A DNA stretch of 64,000 nucleotides, from positions 18,596 to 82,595 of the forward strand of contig CAYHNH010000002.1 of assembly GCA_964358005.1 (NCBI GenBank). Reading direction: 5' to 3'. Shown here piece by piece: positions 46,861 to 55,537 of this stretch. The notes beneath the pieces are model-generated. The model worked only from the letters and a program-made list of their open reading frames with translations. It was not told the DNA's origin and made no database searches. Source of the stretch: an uncultured Candidatus Saccharibacteria bacterium. Its GTDB lineage: Bacteria > Patescibacteriota > Minisyncoccia > Phycocordibacterales > PALSA-1337. Position 1 is the first letter of the stretch; every line of letters begins with the position of its first letter. The translations under genes were made by a program, and so were the position numbers.

Positions 46861-48090
46861 CTAACCCCTATCCGACGCACTATTCCAATCCGACACGCTA
46901 TTCCCGCTTCCATTCCCATTCCTTGCGACAACGAGACTCCCTCCGATGAGGACCAGCCCCGAAACAAGCCAAGCGATAGAAATGCCGAAATACTCGGCGA
47001 TTACTCCGCTAACCACGAGCCCTATGGCGCCCCCGATATGCGGCGCAGTGGAACAGAAGGATGATATGGTCGCACGTTCCTCTGAGGGTATTCTCTGTTG
47101 GAGATAACCTTCCTTGACTGGGAACCAGCTTCCGCGTGGAAGCTCATGGACCATGAAGAAAAACAGCGCCACCGACAGAGTCGGCACGAACGCCACGACC
47201 CCGACGACAAGACCAGCGGCCATCTGGGTCACCAGTATTATCTGCTTTTCCCTGCCCTGCGTGTCGATCTTCGAAACGATGAATCCTCCTAGCGCCAGGA
47301 ATGACATCATACCAAAGAACAGCCAGCCGAAATATATTGGCTCCAGACCCTTTGCTTGGAAGAACGGCTGCCAATACATATTGAGTGACATCACCGCGAA
47401 TATCTGCACGAACGTCACGACAAGAACGAATCTGACTGGTTTATGGACCTTCGCGTAGTAGAAGCTTTTTTTGGCTATCTCCCACATCGATCCTGCCCCT
47501 GCCCTCAAGGAAAATTCTCTTTTCTGGAAGTAGCTCTCCTTCATCGCGACGTTGGCGATGATTGCGAGGATGAGCAGCATGAAGGCACCTGACCACCACG
47601 GAATGCTCGATCCCATTGCGAACAGATACGATCCGGTCAGGGCCCCGATTGCGCCACAGCCCTGATTGATCAGCGTAAGCCGCGCGAATTTCTTGGTCAG
47701 TGAGCCTTCGTGCCCATAATGGCGCATGCTATCCACGAACCAGGCCTGGAAGGCGCCGTTCTGGAATGTGAATGCCAGAGCTGCCACCACTTCAGCGCAA
47801 ACGAAATACCAGAACGAGGTGGATAGCGCATATATGCATTTCGCCAGCGCTAACAGCAGGCAGGCGAGCACAACGGCCCTTTTGCGGCCGAAGATATCCG
47901 CATATGCCCCCGTCGGTATCTCGAATATGAACAGCATCGCAAAAAACATGCCATTCACCAGATTGACCTCCATGAGGCTCAATCCGTGTCGCATGAGGAA
48001 CGTTGCGTAGATGGCAGACGTCAGGCTAAGGCCGCAGAATGAGAGCAGTCCGGACAGAACATAATACTGAATCGTTATCTTTTTTTGCAT
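46861..48090 (-). CDS. MFS transporter
   Basis: 409 aa with 12 TM helices and MFS motif A (GAYADIFGRKR). An SD-like AGGGGAG precedes the ATG. Confidence 0.85.
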   Translation of the reverse strand: MQKKITIQYYVLSGLLSFCGLSLTSAIYATFLMRHGLSLMEVNLVNGMFFAMLFIFEIPTGAYADIFGRKRAVVLACLLLALAKCIYALSTSFWYFVCAEVVAALAFTFQNGAFQAWFVDSMRHYGHEGSLTKKFARLTLINQGCGAIGALTGSYLFAMGSSIPWWSGAFMLLILAIIANVAMKESYFQKREFSLRAGAGSMWEIAKKSFYYAKVHKPVRFVLVVTFVQIFAVMSLNMYWQPFFQAKGLEPIYFGWLFFGMMSFLALGGFIVSKIDTQGREKQIILVTQMAAGLVVGVVAFVPTLSVALFFFMVHELPRGSWFPVKEGYLQQRIPSEERATISSFCSTAPHIGGAIGLVVSGVIAEYFGISIAWLVSGLVLIGGSLVVARNGNGSGNSVSDWNSASDRG

Positions 48091-48138
48091 AACTCCCCTA
48101 TTTGATTGTTAATGTTCCAATTCTTCTGGACGAATCTC

Positions 48139-48174
48139 GGAAAAAGAAAATCCCGACTTTCGTCCAGTCGGGAT
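48139..48174 (-). terminator. intrinsic terminator / possible attenuator in the MFS leader
   Basis: On the minus strand, the stem GATCCCGACT-ggacgaa-AGTCGGGATT is followed by TTTCTTTTTCC, about 50 nt upstream of the MFS start codon. Confidence 0.5.
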
Positions 48175-48421
48175 CTTTCCAAAGCAATGAGATGAGATTA
48201 ATGGAGATTAATTCATGGGCATTTGAAAAACATCACGACTGGGCGCAAGCGAACCGGTAAATCCGGTATTCTGCGCACCGACGATCGTATAACCGCAATC
48301 CTGATGGAGCGGCATGGACCAATTCGTGTTGTTCTTATATGCGTGCATATATAAACCGTACAGCATGTGCACAGACATGTCAACATAGCTATGGTGAATA
48401 GCCTCTAATATACTTACCCGA

Positions 48422-49033
48422 ATGGACAACATGCACCGCCTCGAAGAGATCTTTGCCCGTTTTCCCGGCATCGGGCCGAGGCAAGCCAAACGCTTCGTCT
48501 ATCATGTGCAAAGCCGGACGTCAGCGGCAGTGAAGGAGATGGCCGACCTAATCAGGGAGATAAAAAGCTCGACAGTAGAGTGTTCCGACTGCCACAGATT
48601 TTTTATTGACAAGAATGGAAAAAATAATCTTTGTAATATCTGCAACGACGAATCGCGCGACGGATCCAGGCTGATGGTAGTCGCCAGGGATTCCGACCTG
48701 GAGAGTATCGAGAAAAGCGGCGCTTACAAGGGCCTGTATTTCGTGCTTGGAGGCACAGTGCCAATCCTAGACAAGGAGCCCGAACGCCGAGTACGCCTGG
48801 GTGCACTGATGGAGAGGATGACTAAGGGCAAAGAAGGCATAAAAGAAATGATATTGTCAATGAATCTAACGCCTGAAGGCGAGAATACTGCCGACGTCGT
48901 AAAGGAAGCGATCACAGCTCAGAAGAAAGGCGCGACTAAAGTCACCATCCTCGGCCGCGGTCTCTCGACCGGAGCCGAGCTCGAATACGTCGATTCGGAC
49001 ACCATAAGGAACGCCCTCGAGAATAGGCACTAA
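48422..49033 (+). CDS. recR: recombination protein RecR
   Basis: HhH (FPGIGPRQAKRF), C4 zinc finger (CSDCHRF...CNIC), and Toprim domain. Confidence 0.88.
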   Translation: MDNMHRLEEIFARFPGIGPRQAKRFVYHVQSRTSAAVKEMADLIREIKSSTVECSDCHRFFIDKNGKNNLCNICNDESRDGSRLMVVARDSDLESIEKSGAYKGLYFVLGGTVPILDKEPERRVRLGALMERMTKGKEGIKEMILSMNLTPEGENTADVVKEAITAQKKGATKVTILGRGLSTGAELEYVDSDTIRNALENRH

Positions 49034-49066
49034 AAAACTCCCGACTGGGAGCTTTTATTTCTTTTA
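49032..49066. terminator. bidirectional rho-independent terminator between recR and rplU
   Basis: AAAAAA CTCCC gact GGGAG CTTTTATTTCTTTT. Confidence 0.6.
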
Positions 49067-49384
49067 TTTCAGCGAGTCGATCTTGACCTTGAAGAAAGGC
49101 TGACGGTGGCCATTGCGCTTCCATCCTGAACGGTTCTTCTGACGATATTTGACTACGAGGACTGTCGGGAGCTTGCCGATCTTAGCGATGGTGCCGCTGA
49201 CCTTGGCCTTATCAATGAAAGGAGTGCCGATGGATGTATTCTTGCCATCGTCTACCAAGAGGACCTTGTCGAAAACGATCTTGTCGCCCTCCTTGTGGGT
49301 GCCCTGAAGCTTCTCGATGGTGATAGTGTCACCCTTCGAAACCGTATATTGCTTGCCTCCAGTTGCGATGACTGCGAATTCCAT
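49064..49384 (-). CDS. rplU: 50S ribosomal protein L21
   Basis: MEFAVIATGGKQYTVSKGDTITIEKL... matches L21. Start at the internal Met of the track ORF. Confidence 0.85.
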   Translation of the reverse strand: MEFAVIATGGKQYTVSKGDTITIEKLQGTHKEGDKIVFDKVLLVDDGKNTSIGTPFIDKAKVSGTIAKIGKLPTVLVVKYRQKNRSGWKRNGHRQPFFKVKIDSLK

Positions 49385-49457
49385 AATTGAGCCATTATAC
49401 ACGAAAGCCCCTTTTCCGCAACTGGGGCTGTAATTGGGGCTTTTAGGCAAAACCAGC

Positions 49458-50543
49458 CTATTCGGCCTCTGGCTTATCCAACATCGTCGCAGTGAGCTCT
49501 GGAGCCACGTCGGTTATGCGCAAGACGTCCTTATCGAGCTTCTTGAATTCCTTGCTAGAGCTATTGTAATGGTTCACCACCGTGCTTAGAGAGGCCCCGA
49601 GCTTGGCATGATATTCGTTGTACTTATTCAGGTGTGTACCGAGCTCGCCCACACGCTTGACGATATCCTTGGCCGTCTCCTCTATCTGCATAGCCTTGAG
49701 CCCCTGGAGAACCGTCTGTAGATACGCCAGGAATGAAGTCGGTGACACGATGATGACCTTGTACTTGCTCGCCGCGCGTTGGATCAGATTATCGGTTTCC
49801 TCGGCTATGGCCCCTATCTTGTTCACCAGGAGATCGTAATAGATGGCCTCGTGAGGAATGAACATGAAGGCAAAATCCATCGTACCCTCGGCCGGGCGCA
49901 CGTATTTGGCCGTCTCCTGGATGCGGGTCTTCAGGTCGTTCACGAATTCCTTCTCCAGCTTGGCCCTGGTCTCGGCATTGCGTTCACCGGATAGCTTGTT
50001 GTAGTTCTCGAGCGAGAACTTGGAGTCCACCGGTATGACCTTGTCCTTCACGAATACAGCCGCGTCCACGACTTCCCCATTCTTGAATGCGTACTGCATC
50101 TTGTACTGGCCAGGAGCCAGGACGTTAGCGAGAAGCGTCTCGAGATAGTATTCACCGAGGATGCCGCGGTGCTTGGGATTCTTAAGGATATCCTGGAGAT
50201 TCTCGAGCTGATCGGCGAATGACACGACCTGCTTGTTGGTCTCATCGAGCTTGGTCAGACCCTGCGTGACTTCCTTGATCAGCTTGGCGGACTCTGACAG
50301 CTGGGCGCGCATCGAGTCCTGCATCGAGACGGCGCTCTGGTGGATCTTGTTATCGACGGTCCTGGTGAGATCGCCGACCTTGCGGTCCACGGTACGGTTG
50401 AGCTCGTTTACCTGCTCCAGGATCAGGCTCAAGCCTTCACCATCCTGCTTCTGCTGTTCCGGCTTGCGACGCAGGAATACTAGGGCGAATATGACATTGG
50501 CAATTACGGCCAAAATGACTAGAATGATGAGTATAGTCTCCAT
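49458..50543 (-). CDS. rmuC: DNA recombination protein RmuC
   Basis: N-terminal TM helix, coiled coil, and an RmuC C-terminal nuclease-like domain (FAFMFIPHEAIYYDLL). Confidence 0.8.
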   Translation of the reverse strand: METILIILVILAVIANVIFALVFLRRKPEQQKQDGEGLSLILEQVNELNRTVDRKVGDLTRTVDNKIHQSAVSMQDSMRAQLSESAKLIKEVTQGLTKLDETNKQVVSFADQLENLQDILKNPKHRGILGEYYLETLLANVLAPGQYKMQYAFKNGEVVDAAVFVKDKVIPVDSKFSLENYNKLSGERNAETRAKLEKEFVNDLKTRIQETAKYVRPAEGTMDFAFMFIPHEAIYYDLLVNKIGAIAEETDNLIQRAASKYKVIIVSPTSFLAYLQTVLQGLKAMQIEETAKDIVKRVGELGTHLNKYNEYHAKLGASLSTVVNHYNSSSKEFKKLDKDVLRITDVAPELTATMLDKPEAE

Positions 50544-50566
50544 GAGCTTAGTATATAAGAAATAAC

Positions 50567-51034
50567 ATGCTACACCAAACCATCAAAAACCAGATCAAAG
50601 ACGCCCTGCGTGCCAAAGACACCGTGAAGCTCGAGACCTTGCGAGGCCTCAATGCCCTGTTCCAGAACGAGATACTCACAGGCGCGGTTCCTGCAGGCAC
50701 TGAATTCCTGACCGATGACAAGGCTATGGCACTAGTCAAAAGGAGCGTCAAACAGCGCAAGGATTCTATCGAGCAATTCACCAAGGGCGGCCGCAAGGAC
50801 CTAGCGGACAAAGAAAAGGAGGAGCTAGCCATACTCGAGGCCTATCTGCCGTCCATGATGCCCCGTGAGGAGATCCGTCTCATCGCACGCGGAAGGATAG
50901 AGAAAATGAAATCAGAAGGCTCCTTCGACCCCAAGGCCGTGGGCAAGATCACTGGCATGCTCATGAAAGAACTGGCCGGCAAGGCTGATGGAGCCGATGT
51001 GAAAGCGGTGGTGGATGAGCTACTGAAGGCTTAG
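50567..51034 (+). CDS. GatB/YqeY domain protein
   Basis: 155 aa (LRAKDTVKLETLRGLNALFQNEIL...), YqeY-like. Confidence 0.7.
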   Translation: MLHQTIKNQIKDALRAKDTVKLETLRGLNALFQNEILTGAVPAGTEFLTDDKAMALVKRSVKQRKDSIEQFTKGGRKDLADKEKEELAILEAYLPSMMPREEIRLIARGRIEKMKSEGSFDPKAVGKITGMLMKELAGKADGADVKAVVDELLKA

Positions 51035-51043
51035 CGGAGCGAA

Positions 51044-51673
51044 ATGACACCCTCACGAAAGCAATTATCAATAGGTCTGGCGGTGCTTGCTGTGCTCATC
51101 GTCCTTTGGTCCTTATTTGGTCCAGAGAAGAAAACCGATGTCCTCAATCTCGATTCGAGAGGTACAACCATAGTGGCCTTCGGCGACAGCCTGGTACAAG
51201 GCGTCGGCTCCACAAGCGGCAACGACTTTGTTTCTCTGCTTTCTGGCGCCATAGGACGACCTATAGTGAACCTCGGCAAGAGCGGCGATACCACAGCATT
51301 GGCGTTGGCGAGGATCGACACCATATTCGAACATGACCCGCGCATAGTCATCGTCCTCTTAGGCGGCAATGACTTCCTGCGGAGAATCCCCATGGATACG
51401 ACCTTTGAGAATCTCTCCATCATAGTGAAAGCTATCCAAGCCCGCGGTGCCGCTGTGCTCGTTCTAGGTGTGAGAGGCGGCCTTCTCTATGACAGCTACA
51501 GAGCGCGCTTCGCCAGCTTCGCAAAGGAACACAGGACCGCCTTCGTTCCGAATGTTCTCGATGGCCTCGTCGGAGATGTCAGGTTGATGTCGGATTCCAT
51601 ACACCCTAATAACGTGGGACATGAAATGATAGCTAATAAGGTGTTGCCCGTACTCAAAGGGATGCTTGATTGA
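51044..51673 (+). CDS. SGNH/GDSL hydrolase family protein
   Basis: Signal/TM N-terminus, block I GDSL (VAFGDSLVQG), and block III/V (LLGGNDFL; DSIHPN). Confidence 0.75.
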   Translation: MTPSRKQLSIGLAVLAVLIVLWSLFGPEKKTDVLNLDSRGTTIVAFGDSLVQGVGSTSGNDFVSLLSGAIGRPIVNLGKSGDTTALALARIDTIFEHDPRIVIVLLGGNDFLRRIPMDTTFENLSIIVKAIQARGAAVLVLGVRGGLLYDSYRARFASFAKEHRTAFVPNVLDGLVGDVRLMSDSIHPNNVGHEMIANKVLPVLKGMLD

Positions 51674-51724
51674 CAACTCTCTTTTTTTAAGGTTAAGCTG
51701 ACAGCAGACCTCAATGCCAGCTAT

Positions 51725-52330
51725 TTGAAAACCCTTCTTTTTCTTCCCATGCTTTTCTCTATCACAGCCCCCTCTGGAGGCGGTAAAGAGTTCCTAAAAA
51801 AGGCCCTCTTAAAACGTTTCCCTCAGCTCAGTGAATTATGTTGGACCACCACGCGCTCGCTCCGCCACGGAGAGATCCAGGGCGTCACGCGTGAAAGCGT
51901 CACGCCTGACGAATTTGCCGCTATCAAGGACGAGCTCGAGCTCGTCCAGGAATTGCCCGGCGGCTCATATGGGATACGGAGAAAATTCCTTGAGCTTGGC
52001 TCCGGGAACTTCCTGACCGAATTCCATATCGAGAATCTGATGCGGTTCAGTGCTACTGGACCGCACCCGATAGCGATCGCCCTCGTCCCTCGAGACGTCA
52101 GCTTCCTCTCGGAGCGCCTCGAAAGACGGAAAACGGAATCTCCAGCCGAGATTGCCGCCCGCCTCAAAGCAGCTCCGATGGAGATCGAACTGATCTGCCA
52201 AAACCGTAGCCTTTTTTCTCTTATTGTGGAATTCACAAAAGAGGACGAGGATACTGTAGTAGGCAGAGTCTGCGAATTCGTCGGACAGATACTCGAACGA
52301 CAACCAACGGCAGCAACATCTTCAATATGA
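51725..52330 (+). CDS. guanylate kinase family protein with atypical P-loop (APSGGGKEF)
   Basis: Recognisable in a hand alignment to E. coli Gmk (written out from memory, not searched): P-loop region SITAPSGGGKEFLKKALLK and NMP-binding TTTRSLRHGEIQGV. The Ser/Thr after the P-loop Lys is replaced by Glu. Confidence 0.55.
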   Translation: MKTLLFLPMLFSITAPSGGGKEFLKKALLKRFPQLSELCWTTTRSLRHGEIQGVTRESVTPDEFAAIKDELELVQELPGGSYGIRRKFLELGSGNFLTEFHIENLMRFSATGPHPIAIALVPRDVSFLSERLERRKTESPAEIAARLKAAPMEIELICQNRSLFSLIVEFTKEDEDTVVGRVCEFVGQILERQPTAATSSI

Positions 52331-53475
52331 ACATTGCTTCACAAGTGGGTCCGATAACATTCGACACCCCTCTCCTCGTAGCCTCCGGCTACATCACCGA
52401 AACACCAGGATTCTTCCTTCGGGCTAGCCGCTTCGGCTGCTCTGGGATTATCACCCGTTCGCTCAAGGAATCAGTTCCGCCGGACGGCTCCGGGTTTCGG
52501 GCCCCGCGCTACAGCGTCTTCGACGGCCGTTCTATGCTCAATTGCGAATGGGGCAACGAACACCCTTGGACGAGCTGGCGGGATGTCTGGGCCGATCAGG
52601 TCAAGGCTACGGGCAAACGCCTGATCATATCGCTATCCGGCCGGGACATCGAGGGCTGTTCTCATCTCATCAGCGCCTTCGACAACAAGGCAGACGGATT
52701 CGAGGTGAACATCTCCTGCTCGCACTCAGGGGCGCTGCACGGCAACCTCAACCTGGACTTTGCCCACCTCCGGAAGCTCTTCTCCTCGATCCGGCCGCTC
52801 ACCAAGCTGCCGATCTGGCTCAAGCTCTCATATTCGCCCTTCGTGGTGGAAATGGCAGCCGAAGGCGAGAGGGTCGGAGCCGACGCGATCGTCTGCACGA
52901 ACAGCATCGGTCCGGGCATGCTCATCGATATCGAGACTGGTAGCCCCAGGGTCGGCATCAAAGGCGGAGCTGGCGGCGTCACTGGACCAGCCATCTTCCC
53001 TATCGCGCTGCGCTGTGTCTATGAGATCAAAAAAGCCGTATCCATACCAGTTGTGGGCGTCGGTGGCATCTCGAGCGCGGGCGACGTGATCCAGATGATG
53101 ATGGCAGGAGCGTCGGCTGTCCAGCTCTACACACTGCCGGCACTGCGTGGTCCTAAGGCGTTTGGGGAGATAAGGGAGGAGCTGATGGCATTCCTGGCTG
53201 CTCATCCGCAGTTCCCCAGCCTGTCCAGTATCGTCGGACTTAGCCTGGACAAGGCCACCGAGCACCGCTTTGCAGCGCCAGCCCCGATCGTGGATGGCGA
53301 CAAATGCACGGGCTGCGGCATCTGCATTCCAAGCTGTTCCTTCGGGGCGATCAGGCTTTCGGCGATGAACGGCCCAGCCAAGGCCGTGATCAAGGACACC
53401 TGCATCGGCTGCAACGCCTGTGTCGGAGTCTGCCCGCCCGAATTAGGGGCGATCTCAACCACCTACCAATCATGA
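52327..53475 (+). CDS. dihydroorotate dehydrogenase-family flavoprotein with C-terminal 2x[4Fe-4S] ferredoxin domain (PreA/DPD-like)
   Basis: DHOD-like TIM barrel with a Cys active-site motif (NISCSHSG) and two CxxCxxCxxxCP clusters at the C-terminus. It overlaps both neighbours by 4 nt. Confidence 0.75.
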   Translation: MNIASQVGPITFDTPLLVASGYITETPGFFLRASRFGCSGIITRSLKESVPPDGSGFRAPRYSVFDGRSMLNCEWGNEHPWTSWRDVWADQVKATGKRLIISLSGRDIEGCSHLISAFDNKADGFEVNISCSHSGALHGNLNLDFAHLRKLFSSIRPLTKLPIWLKLSYSPFVVEMAAEGERVGADAIVCTNSIGPGMLIDIETGSPRVGIKGGAGGVTGPAIFPIALRCVYEIKKAVSIPVVGVGGISSAGDVIQMMMAGASAVQLYTLPALRGPKAFGEIREELMAFLAAHPQFPSLSSIVGLSLDKATEHRFAAPAPIVDGDKCTGCGICIPSCSFGAIRLSAMNGPAKAVIKDTCIGCNACVGVCPPELGAISTTYQS

Positions 53476-53723
53476 GTAAACCGATATTCCCGATAGAGAT
53501 CTATTGCAAAGGCTGCAATACGCTCCTCTACAAATACGACAAGGAGGGCGCCGGCTCTCTGGTGAAGTGCTTCGTCAATCGGATCACCCAGAACAACACG
53601 CAAGGCGACTGCAGGTGCCCGAAGTGCGGCACACGGTTCGCGAGGCCGAGTCAGATTATGAATCGGCCGATCCACAAGATCATCGGCGGAAAGGTGTATA
53701 CCAAGGGTCACTGCCCGAAGTGA
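53472..53723 (+). CDS. small zinc-ribbon protein
   Basis: 83 aa with two CxxC pairs (CKGCNT...CRCPKCGT). It overlaps the previous stop (ATGA). Start chosen at the internal Met of the track ORF 53304..53723. Confidence 0.45.
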   Translation: MSKPIFPIEIYCKGCNTLLYKYDKEGAGSLVKCFVNRITQNNTQGDCRCPKCGTRFARPSQIMNRPIHKIIGGKVYTKGHCPK

Positions 53724-53740
53724 TGCCTGCCCCGCGTTAC

Positions 53741-53776
53741 CGAGGCGACTCCGTGTCGCCTCTTTTTATTTATTCA
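53741..53776 (+). terminator. rho-independent terminator
   Basis: GAGGCGAC tccgt GTCGCCTC TTTTTATTTATT. Confidence 0.6.
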
Positions 53777-54377
53777 GATACCTTCTGTCACGAAAATATC
53801 CAGGTTCGTATTTTGCATAATCAAAAATCGAGTTGGCCTCCCTGTTCAGAGTCTCGATATAGGCATAGAAGCCTTCGTCGGTGAATGTCTTGAGCTTGAG
53901 CTCTTCGCATAGTGCGAGTAGTTCGGCTTCGGCTTTGTGCGCATCAACTGCAGTGGCCAGTATCTCGGCCTCAAAATAGTAGCTGTGCCCAGGCACCTCT
54001 ACTAGGGCGAACTCCACATTCTTGTAATCATAAACAAGGCTGTTCCTGACGCAGAGAACGCCCTTCGTGTATCCAAGCTCACCAAAAGCCCTGACAAGAT
54101 CGTCGAAACTGCCCTTTTCTGTATGAATTGATATCTCCTCCCTTTTTTCAGAACCACCCCAGGCACCCAGCTTTATGATTATCTCCGGTATACCGTTAGT
54201 TTCCCTGACCCGTATGTCCTTCTTCCTATCCCTGACGCCAGAGGAAAAATCTATCAGGACGCGCTCCTTCTTCTGTTTGAAAATAGAGTTCTTTGAGAGA
54301 AAAGAGTTCAACACATCGAATTCATCCTTCGAGAGAAGTCCTCGCACCTCTGCTTCGATATTCTTTACATTTGTCAT
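53766..54377 (-). CDS. CYTH-like domain protein (putative triphosphate tunnel metalloenzyme)
   Basis: An N-terminal ExExR/K-like motif (NIEAEVRGLL) and overall size fit a CYTH domain. Start at the internal Met. The assignment is tentative. Confidence 0.35.
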   Translation of the reverse strand: MTNVKNIEAEVRGLLSKDEFDVLNSFLSKNSIFKQKKERVLIDFSSGVRDRKKDIRVRETNGIPEIIIKLGAWGGSEKREEISIHTEKGSFDDLVRAFGELGYTKGVLCVRNSLVYDYKNVEFALVEVPGHSYYFEAEILATAVDAHKAEAELLALCEELKLKTFTDEGFYAYIETLNREANSIFDYAKYEPGYFRDRRYLNK

Positions 54378-54381
54378 TGGT

Positions 54382-55401
54382 TTAGGCCGTAGCTTTTTGG
54401 ATAAGCTGCCGCACGCACATGGTAGCATAGCATCCGGCAGGTAGGAAAAATGCCAGCCTTAGCTTGCAGCACCCTTTATTGAGATCGTCATCCCCGACTT
54501 CGAGAACATATATGGCCGTAGTTATGATAGCACAGCGAGAGTTCTCCCTTCGGATAGGCTTCATGCCAGGACCTATCTTATACCCTTCATTAGAAAAAAT
54601 ATTCTTAGCCACAAAGACATTGCCACCTGGGACAAAGAGCTCTGCGACGTTCTCGAACTTATGATGCGCACCATTATTCGACTTCTGGAGATCTTCCGAC
54701 AGTGCGTGATTCCAATGATAGCTCTCATACGCCGAAACGAAAAAATCGACCTTCTTCGGGTTTAGGCCAGCGAATATCCCCTTAGGCTCGGCACTGGGTG
54801 GAATTGTCCCGATCTTGTTATTCGATCTCACTAGCTGGGTGTATGCCTCTTCCCAGTCTTCTTCGATTATAGCTTTGCCGATTAGGTGAGTGTTAAACGG
54901 CCCCCCAGGCATGCCGAACCGCTGGGAATCGTAATAATTTATAAAGCTTATGAACTTGTTATCCCTGCAATATTCGACGACGCTCTCCGCGGCATCTTTC
55001 TCCAGATCGCGCACGATGAGGTCGAAACAATTGCCATGAAGCATCTTGGGCTGGACTGGCTCGCGGCCGTAGCCAAGGATCCTCTCCAGAGAAATATATG
55101 ATTTCTCACCAGAGTGACTTCCATTGAAAGCATCTAAGTCAGACTGGACGAGAGCCTTACGCATCGAAATGATCTGGGAGGTTATACCATCCTCATCTTT
55201 GAGCCCTTCCGCAGACACATCTTCGTATTCAAGCTCGAAAAATATCTTGAGAAATTCCTGGGCGTCGAATGTAGTATATCCGCTCTTCTTGAGCCAAATA
55301 TAGGTGAATGGGCCTTCTCCACGAAAGCGAGGGAGGAGCGGGACCTCGGTGACTTCAAAGTCATCATTCCTAACCTTCAACATGTAATTCGTGGAAGCCA
55401 T
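54382..55401 (-). CDS. truD: tRNA pseudouridine synthase TruD/Pus7 family
   Basis: Conserved N-terminal block (DFEVTEVP...GEGPFTYIWLKKSGYTTFDAQEFL...DVSAEGLKDEDG) and the NYYDSQRFG motif (canonical form NYFGxQRFG). The first ~158 aa of the track ORF are non-protein-like, so the start is set at the internal Met. Confidence 0.7.
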   Translation of the reverse strand: MASTNYMLKVRNDDFEVTEVPLLPRFRGEGPFTYIWLKKSGYTTFDAQEFLKIFFELEYEDVSAEGLKDEDGITSQIISMRKALVQSDLDAFNGSHSGEKSYISLERILGYGREPVQPKMLHGNCFDLIVRDLEKDAAESVVEYCRDNKFISFINYYDSQRFGMPGGPFNTHLIGKAIIEEDWEEAYTQLVRSNNKIGTIPPSAEPKGIFAGLNPKKVDFFVSAYESYHWNHALSEDLQKSNNGAHHKFENVAELFVPGGNVFVAKNIFSNEGYKIGPGMKPIRRENSRCAIITTAIYVLEVGDDDLNKGCCKLRLAFFLPAGCYATMCVRQLIQKATA

Positions 55402-55537
55402 AAGGTAAAAAATAGGAAATGCTATTAACATTAGCATAGGTGCATTTGAGCGCAATACTGGGTGTGAATTGCCTACATGCAGCATGACAGGTTGTCGAAA
55501 CCTGATTTTCATCGTAAAATTACGCCAGTCCTTGAAA

